Shown: positions 38,692 through 49,638 of the stretch, piece by piece | Layout: each line of letters opens with the position of its first letter | Position numbering within the stretch: position 1 is the first letter of the stretch | From: Vulcanimicrobiota bacterium | GTDB taxonomy: Bacteria; Vulcanimicrobiota; Vulcanimicrobiia; Vulcanimicrobiales; Vulcanimicrobiaceae | Direction of reading: 5' to 3' | Assembly (NCBI GenBank): GCA_963714015.1 | Contig: OY970223.1 | Span: 1,344,001-1,408,000, forward strand | Length of the DNA: 64,000 nt | Notes under the pieces: model-generated | What the model was told of the DNA's origin: nothing | The model's database searches: none | What the model saw: only the letters and a program-made list of their open reading frames with translations | Translations under genes and position numbers: made by a program

Positions 38692-39114
38692 TTACCCGTT
38701 TCCGCAGGGGCCTATGTAATGCGTGCTTCCAGTCTGTTCGAAAATAGGAGAATTCATCATCGAATTCATCAGCACGTATCCCTCGCCGGCGTGCTCGTGG
38801 AGCTGCGCCGAAACGGTGCGCGTCAAACCGGGATAGACGCAGAGCAGATGTTCCTCGAGCATGAAGCCTTCGTGTTGAAACGCAATAATCGCCGGACCCG
38901 GAGGCACGTCCCACAACATGTAAAAGCCTTTGCCGTCGGTTCGCGACGAGACGTTTCCGCTGGCGGAAACCGCCGTAACCTGAACGTCGGCTACGGGCTT
39001 GCCCGTGTGCTGATCCGTAACGGTTCCTTCGACAATTGCGGTGCTTCCCGCCACCCCGGCGAGCGGAGAAGACGCCGCGGCGAGCAGCAGCAGAAGCAGG
39101 CAAAAGCGTTTCAT
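38692..39114 (-). CDS. Secreted carboxypeptidase-regulatory-like domain protein, paralog 3
   Basis: Signal peptide from ATG 39114; GTVTDQHTGKPVADVQV...KGFYMLWDVPPG; GAGG RBS. Confidence 0.8.
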   Translation of the reverse strand: MKRFCLLLLLLAAASSPLAGVAGSTAIVEGTVTDQHTGKPVADVQVTAVSASGNVSSRTDGKGFYMLWDVPPGPAIIAFQHEGFMLEEHLLCVYPGLTRTVSAQLHEHAGEGYVLMNSMMNSPIFEQTGSTHYIGPCGNG

Positions 39115-39130
39115 CGATACGACCTCTCGT

Positions 39131-40690
39131 CTAAGAAGATTCTGCGCGAGCGAATGCAACCCCACGCCCGGCGATGAGGGCCGCAGCGCCGGCCACGAGC
39201 AATCCGCTCTCGGTAAGGCTCACGCCAGCTCCCACAACGATTCCCAAGGCAGCGCTGTGAGCCGCAAGAGCCGAAACGAGAGCTGCCGCGAGGGGCGGTA
39301 CGGCCAGAAAGTACGTCAGCATGGCCCGAACCAGTGCAAGCGGACCCCGCTGGTCGATAGCGGCCGGAAAAAGCGCGTAAAGTGCGAGACCGACGGACCG
39401 CAATTGAACCACCGCGCAGGCTGCAAGCGGAAGGCCGGCGGCTGCGAGCATTGGGGCTCGAGCGCACAGCCCGGCAGCAATAATGCCGGCACCCAGGCAA
39501 AGCGCAAAGCGCCACGACGTGCCTGCGATCCACGCGAACAAGCGGGTGGGCAGCGGGTCCGGCCCGATCCACCACAGCGGCTTGGCCAAATCCGCGGCAA
39601 GACCGACGGCAGAGCCGACTGCCAGCAGGATCAAGGTAAATGGAGCGGCTACGCCGCCAAACGTCAGCCATACCATCATCGGATCCCGCGACCGGACGAG
39701 GAGCGTCCCCAAAAATGCGCCGCCGGCCGCGCAGCCTGCAAAGGTCAAAAAGAACACGCGTTGCATCGAGGCGGAACGGGTGAACGCAATCCATTCTTTC
39801 CAAGCGATCGTCCAGGGCCCGCCGAACCGCGGAGGTTTCGCGGAGTGACCCGACGACCCGAAACTATACTGCACCGTAAAGCCGGCGCCGCTACGCCGCG
39901 TGCGCGAGCGGTACTCGAGCATTCTCAGCGAGGAAGCGTAGAGTTCGGGCAGCAGATCGGTGCCGCACCAAAACGCCAACGCGACGATAAAGGCCGCGAC
40001 GCCGAAGAGTGCGGCGAGCGCCGCCGTATCCGCACCCAGCAGCGCGTTCAGGAAGACGCCGCCTCGCAGTCCTTCGATCGCTCGAGCCGGCGTCTCAAAT
40101 GAATGCCGTACCAGCGCGGCTAACAGGACGGCCGCCGGCAGCAATCCGCAAATGATGACGGCGGCGCAAATGCTTTGCGCCGCCGCCGCTCCATATTTTG
40201 AACGGACCTTCAAGATCGGTACCGCAATTGCGCTCGCGGCAAAGGCTGCGCCGACAATCGTGAACGCAATGCCCCCCGCTGCGCCCGATCGGGCCAAGAC
40301 GATCGCGTAAAGCACTGCAGTGAACACCGTTCGGCCTATTGCCGATCCGGATCGGCGCAACTGCAGCCACATGACGATCGTGCGCTCGGGGATATGCGAG
40401 GCGTTCAAGAACCGCGCGTCTGCTCCGGAATAGAATCCCGAAACGAGCCCGCACGCCGCACCGTACCCCAGAATTCCCAAAAGCGCGACGTATCCGAAGA
40501 ACACGGCGCTCGCGTACGGTTCCGAAAAAGCCGCGTGCGGGAAGTGGGCCGGCGCGCGCGCGCGCATGACGGCCGCGAAGATGAAATACCCGACGATCAC
40601 TACGTAGACGATCGACCGCGCGGGCTGCCGAGCGATCTTTCGAACGTGGTTCAGCCATTGGCGCCATTCCAGGTAGAACAGCGCGTTCAC
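39131..40690 (-). CDS. Large ABC exporter permease
   Basis: Highly hydrophobic 519 aa with a duplicated halves pattern (ADARFL..SHI; WKEW), directly after an ABC ATPase. Confidence 0.8.
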   Translation of the reverse strand: MNALFYLEWRQWLNHVRKIARQPARSIVYVVIVGYFIFAAVMRARAPAHFPHAAFSEPYASAVFFGYVALLGILGYGAACGLVSGFYSGADARFLNASHIPERTIVMWLQLRRSGSAIGRTVFTAVLYAIVLARSGAAGGIAFTIVGAAFAASAIAVPILKVRSKYGAAAAQSICAAVIICGLLPAAVLLAALVRHSFETPARAIEGLRGGVFLNALLGADTAALAALFGVAAFIVALAFWCGTDLLPELYASSLRMLEYRSRTRRSGAGFTVQYSFGSSGHSAKPPRFGGPWTIAWKEWIAFTRSASMQRVFFLTFAGCAAGGAFLGTLLVRSRDPMMVWLTFGGVAAPFTLILLAVGSAVGLAADLAKPLWWIGPDPLPTRLFAWIAGTSWRFALCLGAGIIAAGLCARAPMLAAAGLPLAACAVVQLRSVGLALYALFPAAIDQRGPLALVRAMLTYFLAVPPLAAALVSALAAHSAALGIVVGAGVSLTESGLLVAGAAALIAGRGVAFARAESS

Positions 40691-40699
40691 CGGAGCATG

Positions 40700-41413
40700 C
40701 TATCTCGTGAGTTCCAGAAAGAGCTCTTCAGGCGTGCGCGCGGAACCGGTTCGAGCCTGAAGTTCGTCGAACGTACCGGACGCAACCATTCTTCCTTGCT
40801 TCAAAATGACGACGCGATCGCAGATGCTTTGCGCCTGCTCCAACATATGCGTGCTGATTACCGCCGCGACGCCGCGATTGCGCAGGCCGGCGATGATTTC
40901 GCGCAGTTCCCGCTGGCCAAGCGGATCGAGGCCGACCGTCGGTTCGTCGAAGAGCATAACCGGAGTGGCTGCGAGAATCGTCGCAGCAACGAGCGTCTTC
41001 TGCCGCATGCCTTTGGAGAGTTCGGAACCCAGTACATCGCTGCTGCCGAGCATCCCGAATCGTTCGAGCAGCCCTCGGCCTTCCGATTCCCAACCGGTCC
41101 CGAGCCGGCAGCTCTTGGCGACGAAGACCAAGTGCTCCCAGACGGTGAGCATGGGATAAACGTCGGGTGTTTCCGGAATCAGGGCAATCGTTTGACCGCG
41201 AACCTTGCCTAGTTCGCGGCCTCCCCACAAAAACGCACCGGAATCCGGTCGAAGAAGACCGGCGGCGCACAAGAACGTCGTGCTTTTACCCGCACCGTTT
41301 GGACCCAGAAGCCCCACGATTTCCCCGGCCGCGACGTCGAACGAAAGATCGTCGACGGCAATCTTCTTACCGAATCTCTTGGTCAGGGATCGTATTTGAA
41401 GCGAGGGATTTAT
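40700..41413 (-). CDS. ABC transporter ATP-binding protein; no canonical start codon
   Basis: In-frame LQIRSLTKRFGKKIAVDDLSF upstream of GPNGAGKST; LSKGM, FDEPTVGLD, STH. Confidence 0.9.
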   Translation of the reverse strand: MNPSLQIRSLTKRFGKKIAVDDLSFDVAAGEIVGLLGPNGAGKSTTFLCAAGLLRPDSGAFLWGGRELGKVRGQTIALIPETPDVYPMLTVWEHLVFVAKSCRLGTGWESEGRGLLERFGMLGSSDVLGSELSKGMRQKTLVAATILAATPVMLFDEPTVGLDPLGQRELREIIAGLRNRGVAAVISTHMLEQAQSICDRVVILKQGRMVASGTFDELQARTGSARTPEELFLELTR

Positions 41414-41422
41414 GGGTGGGTT

Positions 41423-41989
41423 CTACGCTTTGGAGCCCTGCGCGCCGCCGTTCCAGCCCAGTACGCGTGCCAGCATTTCGGCGCGGTTCTTCGCCGCGGT
41501 CTTGCGCAGCAGCTGTTTGACGTAGTCCGCGACGGTGGTCTCGGCGATGGAGAGGTTTTGGGCGATCTCGCCGCCGCTGAGTCCATTGAGGATGAGGGTC
41601 AGGACCTCCACCTCGCGACGCGTCAGGCTGAAACGCTCCGCAGTGCCGCTCAAGTCCTCGCGGCGAGTTCCATGCTCCACGAAGACGGCGACGTAAGAAC
41701 CGGCGGACCCGGCCAGCCGCGAGACGCGCAGCACGAGGCTCGGTACGGGCCGAATAATGGCCTCGCCCTCTTCACCGGACTCTTTCCAGCCCCGAACGAC
41801 GTTCGCGACGGCCTCCTCCAGGACGCGAGGCAGCCGCTGCTCCCCGTTTTTCGGGGTAGTCTGGGGTGCCCGCAACAAAAGATCGGCCGCCTCAGGCTCG
41901 GCGAACGCTATATGCAGGTCTTGATCCAGAAACAGGACGCGCGGTTTCGCGCGCCGTTTCACGATGGTTTCCAATGTATCGTTATCCAC
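41423..41989 (-). CDS. LuxR-type HTH regulator with a non-receiver N-terminal domain
   Basis: C-terminal LTRREVEVL...GEIAQNLSIAETTVADY..NRAE; GTG start after GGAG. Confidence 0.9.
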   Translation of the reverse strand: MDNDTLETIVKRRAKPRVLFLDQDLHIAFAEPEAADLLLRAPQTTPKNGEQRLPRVLEEAVANVVRGWKESGEEGEAIIRPVPSLVLRVSRLAGSAGSYVAVFVEHGTRREDLSGTAERFSLTRREVEVLTLILNGLSGGEIAQNLSIAETTVADYVKQLLRKTAAKNRAEMLARVLGWNGGAQGSKA

Positions 41990-42065
41990 AACACTCCGGG
42001 CGCGGAGACTTTGGGTAACTTCAATTTCGTTCGACGGCGAGGGCCTCCTTGGGCTCGCGCCGCGG

Positions 42066-42359
42066 TCAGGCGCTTTCGCGCAGCCGGAGTTCTTCGAAGA
42101 CCAGAGCGGTCAGGGCGAGGGAGGGGCCGACAATCGGAACGGTATGCATGAGACATCGGTCGCTCACGAAGCGGGTCGAGTTCGTCCGCTCGTTCTCCCG
42201 GGCGAGGGCCTCGACATGGTTGGGCAGGCCGTCGGCATTAGCGAATTCCGCAAAAAAAGGGTCGTCGTTATCTTCTCGAGCGACGACATTACATTCTTGA
42301 TCCACTATCACGACGAAGCGTCGCGCACGCCTGCGAGGTGCCAAACCGTCCTCCACCAT
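42066..42359 (-). CDS. Small hypothetical protein resembling the N-terminal domain of the adjacent LuxR protein
   Basis: RRRARRFVVIVDQ...LP..VE...GPSLALTALVFEE versus KRRAKPRVLFLDQ...LP..LE...GSAGSYVAVFVEH; start uncertain. Confidence 0.65.
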   Translation of the reverse strand: MVEDGLAPRRRARRFVVIVDQECNVVAREDNDDPFFAEFANADGLPNHVEALARENERTNSTRFVSDRCLMHTVPIVGPSLALTALVFEELRLRESA

Positions 42360-42549
42360 ATTGAAAATACTTTTACCTGCGAGAGCTTGCAATAGTGGTT
42401 TAGGGGTACCGAAACCGGTCTGAGTCCTACCAATGGACTAGTACGCGACCTGAAGCGAGACCACGAAATGCGCAGAAATCGTGGTCCTTTTTGCTATTCC
42501 TCCCGATTGCTCGTTAACAGATTAAGACGTCCGGACGCGGACAACGGCA

Positions 42550-43200
42550 TCAAACGATGCCGTTGCGGAAAGCGTAGATTGCGATTTGCGTGCGAGCCGT
42601 GACGTTGAGCTTTGAAAAGATATTAGCGATATGATTCTTGATCGTCTTGTCCGAAACCAGCAGTCTGCCGGCGATCTCTTTATTAGTGAGGCCCTCGGAG
42701 ACCAAGCGAACCACATCGAGCTCCCGGGGTGAAAGTTCGCCGACTTCAGGGGTTGCGTGTTTTCTAAGAAGGAGTCCCGAAAGCCGCGGATCCGCGTAGA
42801 AACCGTCTACTCCGAGGCGTTTCAGTGAGGCAATAAGCTCGGTGGGTGTTACGTCTTTCACGATGTAGCCGTCGGCTCCGGCGGAGATCGACTTCATCAT
42901 GACAGTCGTGGAGAGCTGCGATCCGAGCACGCAGATTCGAACTCCGGGGATGGCGGCGCGGGTCCGGGCTACGGAGTCTTCGATCCCCGCGACTTCGGCA
43001 TCGCAGCCGATGACGACGATGTCGGGTGCGGAACGTTGGAGCGCCTCGGCGTCGTAGGTGCGCGAATCGCCGACTATGGTAAGACCCTCATCGCGGTCCA
43101 GGATGCTGCACAAGGCCTTGCAAAGCAACTGTTGTGACTCGATGACGTAAACACGGTAGGACAGCGTACCTATCGACGCCGTTTCCTTGGTCTGAAACAT
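42550..43200 (-). CDS. NarL/LuxR family response regulator with atypical receiver
   Basis: Receiver fold (GADGYIVKD) plus LSPRELDVV..GLTNKEIA..SDKTIKNH; ATG after GAGGGG. Confidence 0.9.
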   Translation of the reverse strand: MFQTKETASIGTLSYRVYVIESQQLLCKALCSILDRDEGLTIVGDSRTYDAEALQRSAPDIVVIGCDAEVAGIEDSVARTRAAIPGVRICVLGSQLSTTVMMKSISAGADGYIVKDVTPTELIASLKRLGVDGFYADPRLSGLLLRKHATPEVGELSPRELDVVRLVSEGLTNKEIAGRLLVSDKTIKNHIANIFSKLNVTARTQIAIYAFRNGIV

Positions 43201-43344
43201 ATGTCCCCTCAGATGTTGGAAGGGCCGCGGTATAAATTGCGTCCCTCGATTCCAGTTAACCAAGACTAGTAAAGTATTACTACCCTCCGTTTCAGGGGGT
43301 TTTGGGTCCTGAGCACTATGGACTACGCGAGCGGTAGTTCCCGT

Positions 43345-45150
43345 TCAGGCGGATTCGTCTCTGAATTGCCGCCGATAGAGACGGGCGTACTGCGCGTTGC
43401 GAGCAAGAAGGACCGGATGTGTGCCGCTCTCGACGATGCGGCCTCCCTCGACGACGAAGATCACGTCCGAAGTAATAATAGTGGAAAGCCGGTGGGCGAT
43501 GACCAAACTGGTCCTTCCGCGCATTAGCGGCACGAGTGCCGCCTGAATCGCCGCCTCGTTATGCGAGTCCAGCGAACTGGTCGCCTCGTCCAGAATCAGT
43601 ATGCGCGGATTCTTCAGCAGCACGCGCGCTATCGCCAAACGCTGCCGCTCGCCGCCGGAGAGTTTGTGTCCGCGTTCGCCGACGACGGTCTGGTAACCGT
43701 CGGGCAAAGAGGTGATGAAGTCGTCGATGTTCGCCGCCCGTGCCGCTGCGCGCAGCTCGTCCTCGGTCGCGCCCGGCTTGGCGTAGCGGAGATTCGTCGC
43801 GACGGTGTCGTGAAACAGGTAGGTTTCCTGCGTAACGATTCCGATGTCGCGGCGCAGTGAATCCAGCGTGAGGTTCTTGACGTCGTGGCCGTCGATCAGC
43901 ACTCGGCCTTGCTGAGGATCGTAGAAGCGCGGCACGAGCTGCGTGATCGTGGTCTTGCCGGCGCCCGAAGGTCCGACGAATGCAGCGATTTGACCGGGCT
44001 CTACGTGAAAGGAAACCCCTGTCAGCGCGGCTCGCGACGGCGTGTATGAGAAGTGGACGTCTTCGAAGGCGACCTCGCCGCGCAGCGAGGGTAAGCTCGA
44101 CGCGCCCGGAGGAGCGTACTCTTCGGCGGACATGTCCAAATAATCGAAGATGCGCTCGAACACCGCTAAAGCGCTGACGAACTGCACTTGAACGCCCGCG
44201 AGCGCCGCGGCTGAGCCGTAGAGGCGTGTGCCGATGAAGCCGATGAAAGCGACGATCACGCCGACTTTGGCGCCGCTCGAGAGCGCGAGCCATCCTCCGC
44301 CGAACCACACTAGAGCCGGTCCGACTGTAACCATGGCAGTGACGAGCGCCAGGAACCACCGGCCGACCATCGCCAGGTTGATCTCGAGCTTCATGAGATC
44401 GGTACCGACGCGGTAAAAGCGGTCGCGCTCGTAACCCTCGCGCGCGAACGACTTGATCAGCGTGATGCCCGAGATCGACAAGGTCTCTTGCGTGATCGAC
44501 TCGATCTCGTCGCGCTTCTCGCGCGTCTCTTTGCGGATCAGGTACATCTTTCGCCCGACCGGACCGAGCGGCAGAATCATCAGCGGAACGATGGCGATCG
44601 AGATCAGGGCAAGTTTCCAGTTCCAAGCGAACATTGCGACGAGCGTCGTCAGGATGGTGAAGACGTTCGTGAGAATCGTCGTCAGCGTTCCCGTCACGAC
44701 ATTGTCGATGTTGTCGACGTCGTTGCTCACGCGGTTCATGATCTCGCCCGTCTTCGTTCCGGTGAAGAAGGAGAGCGGCATGCGATGGAGATGCGAAACG
44801 AGGCGCGTGCGAATGTCGCGCATGATTCCTTCGCCGACGAGCGAGTTCAAGTATCCTTGAACTACGCCGATTAGGCCGCCGATCAACGCTGAAGCGGTCA
44901 TTACGCCGACGTCGATCGCGAGTTCGCGCAGGCTGCGGTGGGGAATCGCACTGTCGATAATGCGCGCCGTGACGAATCCCGGAACGAGCCCGACGAGTGC
45001 CACGACCAGAATGCACGACAGCACGAGCGACTGTTGCTTCCAGTAAGGCGCAAAGAGCGCACCGATCCGCCGCCAGTCGACGCGCTTGTTGACTTGCGGT
45101 TTGTCGGGACGGTTCATCGCGGACCACATCAGCCCGTAGCCGCCGTGCAT
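43345..45150 (-). CDS. Fused permease/ATPase ABC exporter (MsbA/Atm1-like)
   Basis: N-terminal transmembrane domain; GPSGAGKTT, LSGGERQR, LDEATS, AHRLST. Confidence 0.95.
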   Translation of the reverse strand: MHGGYGLMWSAMNRPDKPQVNKRVDWRRIGALFAPYWKQQSLVLSCILVVALVGLVPGFVTARIIDSAIPHRSLRELAIDVGVMTASALIGGLIGVVQGYLNSLVGEGIMRDIRTRLVSHLHRMPLSFFTGTKTGEIMNRVSNDVDNIDNVVTGTLTTILTNVFTILTTLVAMFAWNWKLALISIAIVPLMILPLGPVGRKMYLIRKETREKRDEIESITQETLSISGITLIKSFAREGYERDRFYRVGTDLMKLEINLAMVGRWFLALVTAMVTVGPALVWFGGGWLALSSGAKVGVIVAFIGFIGTRLYGSAAALAGVQVQFVSALAVFERIFDYLDMSAEEYAPPGASSLPSLRGEVAFEDVHFSYTPSRAALTGVSFHVEPGQIAAFVGPSGAGKTTITQLVPRFYDPQQGRVLIDGHDVKNLTLDSLRRDIGIVTQETYLFHDTVATNLRYAKPGATEDELRAAARAANIDDFITSLPDGYQTVVGERGHKLSGGERQRLAIARVLLKNPRILILDEATSSLDSHNEAAIQAALVPLMRGRTSLVIAHRLSTIITSDVIFVVEGGRIVESGTHPVLLARNAQYARLYRRQFRDESA

Positions 45151-45223
45151 GGACTAGATACTTCCCCGCCGCGTCGTGGTGAGCACTCGCAATGGGCGTT
45201 GACGCCGCCCGGGACGAGGCATC

Positions 45224-45586
45224 TTAATGCGGTACGGTAATCTGATGCAGCGTAACCTTGTTGCCCTCGGGATCGGTAAACGTACCGATTTTACAGACCG
45301 AGGTGTCGTAGACGCCCGGAACCTCAACGCCTTTGGCACGCAGTTCCGCTACGGTTTGTTCCATATCGTCTACTTCGAATGCGGCGCCGCCGGTCGGAGC
45401 GATCTCTGCCCATTCAGTCGTCACGACGGCAAACCAGCCCGCGCCGACTTGCGCGTCGGCGTATTTTTCGACACCGTCTTCGACGAAGGGATCGTTGAAT
45501 TTGAAACCGAGCGCGTCCGCGTAGAACTTACGCAGCGCCGGGACGTCTTTCGCGGGATATGCGACGAATGCGAAATCTTTAACCAC
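45224..45586 (-). CDS. VOC/glyoxalase family protein
   Basis: FY...LG, AFEVDD, FTDPEGN. Confidence 0.85.
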   Translation of the reverse strand: MVKDFAFVAYPAKDVPALRKFYADALGFKFNDPFVEDGVEKYADAQVGAGWFAVVTTEWAEIAPTGGAAFEVDDMEQTVAELRAKGVEVPGVYDTSVCKIGTFTDPEGNKVTLHQITVPH

Positions 45587-45618
45587 GATGCTTGCCTTTC
45601 AAACCAGAAAACCCGGGA

Positions 45619-46638
45619 TTACTTCTTGCCGTTGCGCAGCGTCGCCAATTCCCGGAAGAGCTTCTTTTCCTTTTCGCTCAAGTCGGTCGGAAGCTGACCG
45701 ATAAGGCGCACGTATTCGTCGCCCATTCCGCCGTTCCGAACCTTGGGCATGCCTTTGCCCGCAAGGCGAAGGAGCCGGTTGTTCTGAGTTCCGGCGGGGA
45801 TAGTCATGGCGACTTGGCCGCCCATGGTCGGAACTTTGACCTCGCCCCCCAAGACCAAGTCATAGAGGCTGACCGGCAAATCGACGTAGAGATCGTCGCC
45901 TCTGCGTTTGTACGTGGGATCGTCGATCGCTTTGACGACGAGAAACAAGTCGCCGTTCGGTCCGCCCGCAACGCCCGCGCCGCCTTGAGCCGCCAAACGA
46001 ATGCGCTGCCCTTCGGCGATGCCTTTGGGAATCGTGACCTCGAACTTTTTGTTGGAAATTAAGCGCCCCGTGCCGTGACAGTTGGCGCACAACGATCCGC
46101 GGTCGGTTCCGGTGCCGCGGCAGCGCGGGCAAACGTCTTCGAGCTGCAGCGACACCGGCTTCTTGCCGCCGTCGTAAATGTCGCGCAGCGTGAGTTCGAT
46201 GGTCGTCTCCAAATCCTGACCGCGCTGCGCAAATCCGGTCGACTGAGCCGTATTACGCCTGCCGATGCCCGAGAAGAACATGTCGAAGAAGTCGGAGAAG
46301 CCGCTCGGAGAACCGGCGCTTCCCGCCGATCCGAAATCACCGAAATTGAAGTTGAACGTCTCGTTCTGAGTGTTGCGATAGCGCCGCTGCTGCTCGGCTT
46401 GGCGCGCGGCCTGCTGCCAATTGCTTCCGAGCATGTCGTACTTCTTGCGTTTGTCCGGATCGCCCAGAACCTCGTACGCTTCCTGGATTTCCTTGAAGCG
46501 CTCTTCGGCTTCTTTTTGGTTGTTCGGATTTGCGTCCGGATGCCATTTGCGGGCGAGCCGGCGGTACGCCGACTTGACGTCTTTCTCCGGCGCGCTCTTG
46601 GGGACTCCGAGGACCTGGTAGTAATCCTTGTAGTTCAT
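45619..46638 (-). CDS. dnaJ: DnaJ family co-chaperone with only two CxxCxGxG motifs
   Basis: [42 protein letters not shown]. Confidence 0.9.
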   Translation of the reverse strand: MNYKDYYQVLGVPKSAPEKDVKSAYRRLARKWHPDANPNNQKEAEERFKEIQEAYEVLGDPDKRKKYDMLGSNWQQAARQAEQQRRYRNTQNETFNFNFGDFGSAGSAGSPSGFSDFFDMFFSGIGRRNTAQSTGFAQRGQDLETTIELTLRDIYDGGKKPVSLQLEDVCPRCRGTGTDRGSLCANCHGTGRLISNKKFEVTIPKGIAEGQRIRLAAQGGAGVAGGPNGDLFLVVKAIDDPTYKRRGDDLYVDLPVSLYDLVLGGEVKVPTMGGQVAMTIPAGTQNNRLLRLAGKGMPKVRNGGMGDEYVRLIGQLPTDLSEKEKKLFRELATLRNGKK

Positions 46639-47171
46639 TCAGCGGCGCGTTTGGCGACGATGACCTTCGCGGGGCGCAGGAGATCCTCGCCGATAGTATA
46701 GCCTTTTTGAGCTTCCTCCACGACGGTGTCGTCCTCGACGCCGTCGACGGCTTGCGTTCCGATCGCTTCGGCGACCGCAGGATCGAAGCGTTTGCCTTTG
46801 ACGTCGATGGGTTTCACGGTGGCCATCGTCAAAATGTTTTCGAATTGGCGGAGCGTATTTTGAACCCCGCTGCGCAGCGCTTCAGCGTTGTCTCCGTTGT
46901 ACGTCAATGCCCGCTCGAGGTTGTCGAGCACCGGCAAAAACTGCAGCAGCATCTTGCGCTCGCCCGCGGTGGCCAGTTCGCGGTAGTTTCGCTCCATCCG
47001 TTTCTTGTAATTTTCGAAATCCGCCATCGCGAGTAAGAACTTGTTGTAGTTCTCGTCGGCGCGCAAAGTCGCCGCATCGAGTTGCGCGCGCAGATCGTCG
47101 CTTGAAGTCGTGGGTTCGCCGTTTTCGGCGGCCCCGGGAACGTCGGCTTGCGTGATGTATTCTTCTTGCAT
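46635..47171 (-). CDS. grpE: Nucleotide exchange factor GrpE
   Basis: [33 protein letters not shown]. Confidence 0.95.
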   Translation of the reverse strand: MQEEYITQADVPGAAENGEPTTSSDDLRAQLDAATLRADENYNKFLLAMADFENYKKRMERNYRELATAGERKMLLQFLPVLDNLERALTYNGDNAEALRSGVQNTLRQFENILTMATVKPIDVKGKRFDPAVAEAIGTQAVDGVEDDTVVEEAQKGYTIGEDLLRPAKVIVAKRAAE

Positions 47172-47179
47172 ACGTTATT

Positions 47180-47281
47180 AAAATAATCGCGAGTTTGGTG
47201 GTGGAACGGGGCTACGCGAAACCCGGTACTAGTTTGCTAGGCCGGGTTTCGCGTTACGAAGTTCCACGCCGAAAGACGCGG

Positions 47282-47288
<7 letters not shown>
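47180..47288. repeat. ~110-nt imperfect hairpin filling the dnaK-grpE spacer
   Basis: ACGCGAAACCCGG (47214-47226) / CCGGGTTTCGCGT (47242-47254); GTGGAAC / GTTCCAC; AAAATAATCGCG / CGCGGTTATTTT. Confidence 0.85.
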
Positions 47289-49144
<1,856 letters not shown>

Positions 49145-49267
49145 TAGATTGTCTCTCTTTCCGAGCCCATGGACCAGCCGTACTCACTTCCGCTGCGCTA
49201 CAGTGACGGAGGTGAACTTGGCCTTGCCGCTTACTGAGCTACAAGGATTACTGCGTGCCGCTAATAG

Positions 49268-49292
49268 TACGACATCGGCCCGCTTCTGTTCC
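49268..49292 (-). promoter_or_regulatory. ECF-sigma-type promoter upstream of dnaK
   Basis: Minus strand GGAAC-N16-CGTA. Confidence 0.6.
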
Positions 49293-49329
49293 AGATCTTT
49301 AGACAGAAATTTGACTGCGGAGGTTGCGC

Positions 49330-49638
49330 AATCGCCTCCGCTGACGCTACGGCAGTAATCGCCTCCGCTAGCGCTACGGCGAGAAGGTACTTTTAAAGAG
49401 CGCCCTTACTGGGCGCCCGCCCTTGGGGCGGGTCTGCTTCGCAGATGGGCCTAAGACGGCTTGTTGGCCTTGCCGCCGGCTCTAGGAAGAAAAAAGGAGC
49501 GGCTGTTTGCCACCCCTTTTTGTTAGCGCTTTCCCTCGGTTGTCCGCGAACGCGGACCCGCCGGGTGTTAGGCGGCCGGCCAATAAGGCCGGGTCTTTCA
49601 ACCTACCTTCTCGCCGTAGCGCTAGCGGAGGCGATTAC
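49330..49638. repeat. REP-doublet/MITE-like element between htrA and dnaK
   Basis: Perfect 35-bp inverted repeat 49355-49389 / 49604-49638, extended imperfectly inward; third degenerate copy at 49330-49353; several internal hairpins. Confidence 0.9.

Noticed and set aside
42459..42492. GACCACGA/TCGTGGTC hairpin with a T run on the + strand
   Set aside because: Long loop, orientation opposite to the local genes and no + strand transcript evident; it cannot be supported as a terminator or sRNA.
49145..49330. CIRCE/HAIR operator or RNA thermometer upstream of dnaK
   Set aside because: No consensus match; the leader hairpin near 49186-49215 does not cover the ribosome-binding region.
49330..49380. 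Tandem ~24-bp repeat as a CRISPR array
   Set aside because: Only two near-adjacent direct copies, no spacers and no cas genes.
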